64,000 nucleotides of DNA. Origin: Macrostomum lignano. Lineage: Eukaryota. The DNA is taken from the NCBI GenBank assembly GCA_002269645.1, contig NIVC01003279.1:43370-107369 (forward strand), written 5' to 3'. Both the position numbers and the translations under genes were made by a program. Each line of letters starts with the position of its first letter. Within the stretch, counting starts at the first letter, position 1. Positions 61,226 to 64,000 of the stretch are shown in pieces. The notes beneath the pieces were generated by a model. That model did not search any database and was not told the DNA's origin. It saw nothing but the letters and a program-made list of their open reading frames with translations.

Positions 61226-62545
61226 TGTGCTCACGTGGTGTACACATTTACTAACTTTCTCATCGTCAGGCAGTGTACTCGTACTGTCTCAGCTCCTGGA
61301 AACGTAGTTGACTTCGATCAATGCGTAAATCGCACAATTCCAGGTCAAAATCTCAATAAGATGAACGAATCTTTTTGGTGCGAGGGTCGATCGGGCGTTC
61401 GGAAATCACGAAATCACCTACCATAGTGGTTGTTCCACATAGACAAGAACTATACTCATTTTTCATGGATGCGCACGAATATGCTTGTAAATTTACAAAA
61501 GTGTAAATTTATATTTATGCCATCTGTGCGTGTGTGCGAGTTTTCGATTAGAATTCCTTACTAGAATTATTAGAGTTCATGCGACACTTGAAATCTCGTG
61601 AGTACTGGACGAACTCGGAATGCAATGATTGATTAAACTCTTGTTGGACAACTCTACACAATGACACTTTACACAGGCAAACTTTGTCCGAACTTCTTCG
61701 ATTCAATCCCCTTTGTTCGCGAGGAGTCACGAGGACAGCTTAAACTTATTCATGATTGTGTAAATGGATTGTTAACTAATTTAGGTACAATTAAATGTAC
61801 AATCAAGGACTAATCAAGCAGAAGAAAGGGAAAAGTCGCTTCTTGGAAAATTTTAGGAGGCAAGTTTTTCCGAAAAAGAAACTTCGGGGACATGAGTTTT
61901 TTATTTTTCTGCGCAAAAATGTTATTGCTTTCGATTGTGTTTTTGAATTCAAACTGCATTCCAGCTCAAATTCGATTGATTTTCTCTCCGGCTACGCATC
62001 TGTCTTAACAATGACAAATGTTTTTTGGAATAAATTCAGAATATAATCCATGTTCTTGTATTGAAGTCACATTGACGCACATGAACACCTTAGTCCTTAC
62101 TGCCAAATTTACTAATTACAGATGCTCATGTTCTAACATTCATTGAATTTCCGAGCTTATTTATAAAAAATAAAATAATGGTTTAAACAAAATGTCATGG
62201 CTTTGAATTTACTAGCTACAAAAGATTTTATTTTTTGTTATAAAAATAACAAATAGTGTTAGGAATAAAATAATTTTAAACTTTTGATCTGAAAGTTTTG
62301 TTTCTAAATAGCGTAGGCTGACATATTCAAGGTGCTTTTGAGCTAAATGTTTTTCAAAAAGTTTTTTACTTTGATGATTTGGTGACTAAAATTATCCCCA
62401 AAAACAAAATCGATTAATCATATTTTTTCCATTTATTATCCTTTCCGCGGAAACTTTGACGAAAATGTCGCGGAAATGTGACGATCTAGGATAACCAGCC
62501 TGAGCAGCCAACGAGAGCTCATAAGTGGCTAAAGCATTTTATGCA

Positions 62546-64000
62546 ATGGATAGCAAAATCATCATCTGGCTATTAATTGTAATTGCCTTCAAGTATTCGT
62601 TCGCACAAAGTAAGTAAACTTAATTTTACTAATTTACTAATTTACTAGTTGGATGTTGAAATTTTCAAAAATGTAATATTGTTTTTTATACTACGCTGGT
62701 TTGAGTTATTACCCTGCATGCTTTGAGTAAATGTTAAACATTTGAGTAAATTATATAACACTGTTTTAGCTCCAGACAGTAGAAAGTTAAAGACAGTCAA
62801 CCATTGTTTTATATAATCTAGGATTTTTATTATTCCAAACTAGAATTTGTCTCTACAAAAATTTCGTTGCTGCTTTGCCCAAAAACAAGTAAAGTTAAAT
62901 ATTTAATCTTTTTTAATTTGTCTTTCCTTATTCTTTTAAAGATTTCTGTTGTTTCTAACTTTGTTGAACTATAAGAATAGCACAAGTATTGTTGCAAAAT
63001 AATGACCTTAAGCCTAAAACTTTTAATTTGAAATAAAATATGGAAGCAAAGTTAGGTAAAAATAATTAAAAAGTTTTATTGAAATGTAGGGGCGTCGCCA
63101 TGGATTTTATGATGGGGGTCAAAGCCAAGAATTCTACATGCACATGTACATGACTAAATTCCTACATGACATTATTTTCAGAATCAGTGTTACCAGCGCT
63201 CATTTTAGCGCCATAGGCACTCATTTTAGCGCCACAGGCACTCATTTTGGCGCCACAGGCACTCATTTTAGCGTAGCAGGCACTCATTTTGGCGCCGCAG
63301 GCACTCATTTTGGCGCCGTAGGCACTCATTTTGGCGCCGTAGGCACTCATTTTGGCACTGCAGACACTTTTTGGCGCCGCAGGCGCTATATTTTGTCGCC
63401 ATGAGGCAAAATTACTAATTTCCATAACGGGTCACAATTGGTGGGATGGGGGGTGGGACAAAACATTGACATGTCCCCACCATAGATTTTACTGGCGGGG
63501 CATGTCCCCCTTGTCCCCCCCCGGTGGCGACGCCCCTGTTGAAATGTACTCGTAGTTCTACTAGCAGTAGCAGAGATATCACAGTGTAAATTCATTAAAT
63601 CTTTCTTTATAAACAACATAGCAATCACGCAATATTTAGCAATTCACGAACGATTCGTATTAGTTAGTATTTACGCTGCTGTATCTGTAGTTGGAGTACT
63701 GTGATAGATTTTCAATGCAGTTTCAATTCCCCATCACATAAATTACAATAAAAAACACTGTCCGAATAACTAAATGCCCTCAACTATATTATAGCAAGCA
63801 CAGCGGATTCAGCAGCACCAGACTCCCCAACTGCCATCCTCGATGCCAGCAGCTCTGTGAGCACTGACTCAGGTTTTACATCAAGTATTTCCCCAGGCAT
63901 TGCGTCCCAGAGCACATTCTCAGCTGTGCAGAAACAGCAGCTGCAGATGCAGCAACTCCACAATCGAGCAGCATTCAAACTGATTTTTTTGTCCATCGAT
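62546..64000 (+). CDS. 5' part of a secreted Ser/Thr/Ala-rich protein; exons 62546-62609 and 63795 to beyond the window
   Basis: Signal-peptide exon MDSKIIIWLLIVIAFKYSFAQ ends at A|GTAAGT (phase 1). The acceptor attatag|CA is in phase, and the frame stays open to base 64000 (TSTADSAAPDSPTAILDASSSVSTDSGFTSSISPGIASQSTF...). Confidence 0.7.
63087..63538. mobile_element. hAT-type MITE, 452 bp, 14-bp TIRs, 8-bp TSD, internal 21-bp tandem repeat
   Basis: Left end tAGGGGCGTCGCCA and right end TGGCGACGCCCCTg, flanked on both sides by TTGAAATG (63079-63086 and 63539-63546). Confidence 0.92.

Overview
Eukaryotic (animal) genomic DNA with GC-rich exons, AT-rich promoter and first-intron zones, and roughly a third of the window in tandem arrays. 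The style resembles the flatworm Macrostomum lignano, but that species call is an inference. Eight spliced protein-coding genes can be built by hand: AP-3 mu subunit (-, runs off the left edge), a DLGAP/SAPAP (GKAP-domain) gene (+), a signal-peptide LRR protein (-), SLC35C2 (+, with an 8-bp frameshifting duplication), a complete gamma-COP (+, 8 exons, 871 aa), a 173-aa uncharacterised protein (-), a rhodopsin-class peptide GPCR (-, 456 aa) and the start of a secreted Ser/Thr-rich protein (+, runs off the right edge). Mobile DNA includes a 5'-truncated RNase H-bearing LINE, an intact hAT-type MITE with an 8-bp TSD, and a nested Tc1/mariner plus tyrosine-recombinase relic. The most unusual signal is that almost every internal intron is filled by its own private minisatellite, and in at least three introns the repeat unit contains the real splice site, giving arrays of 7, 18 and 23 near-identical decoy acceptors or donors. 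Most long ORFs in the supplied track are translations of these arrays.
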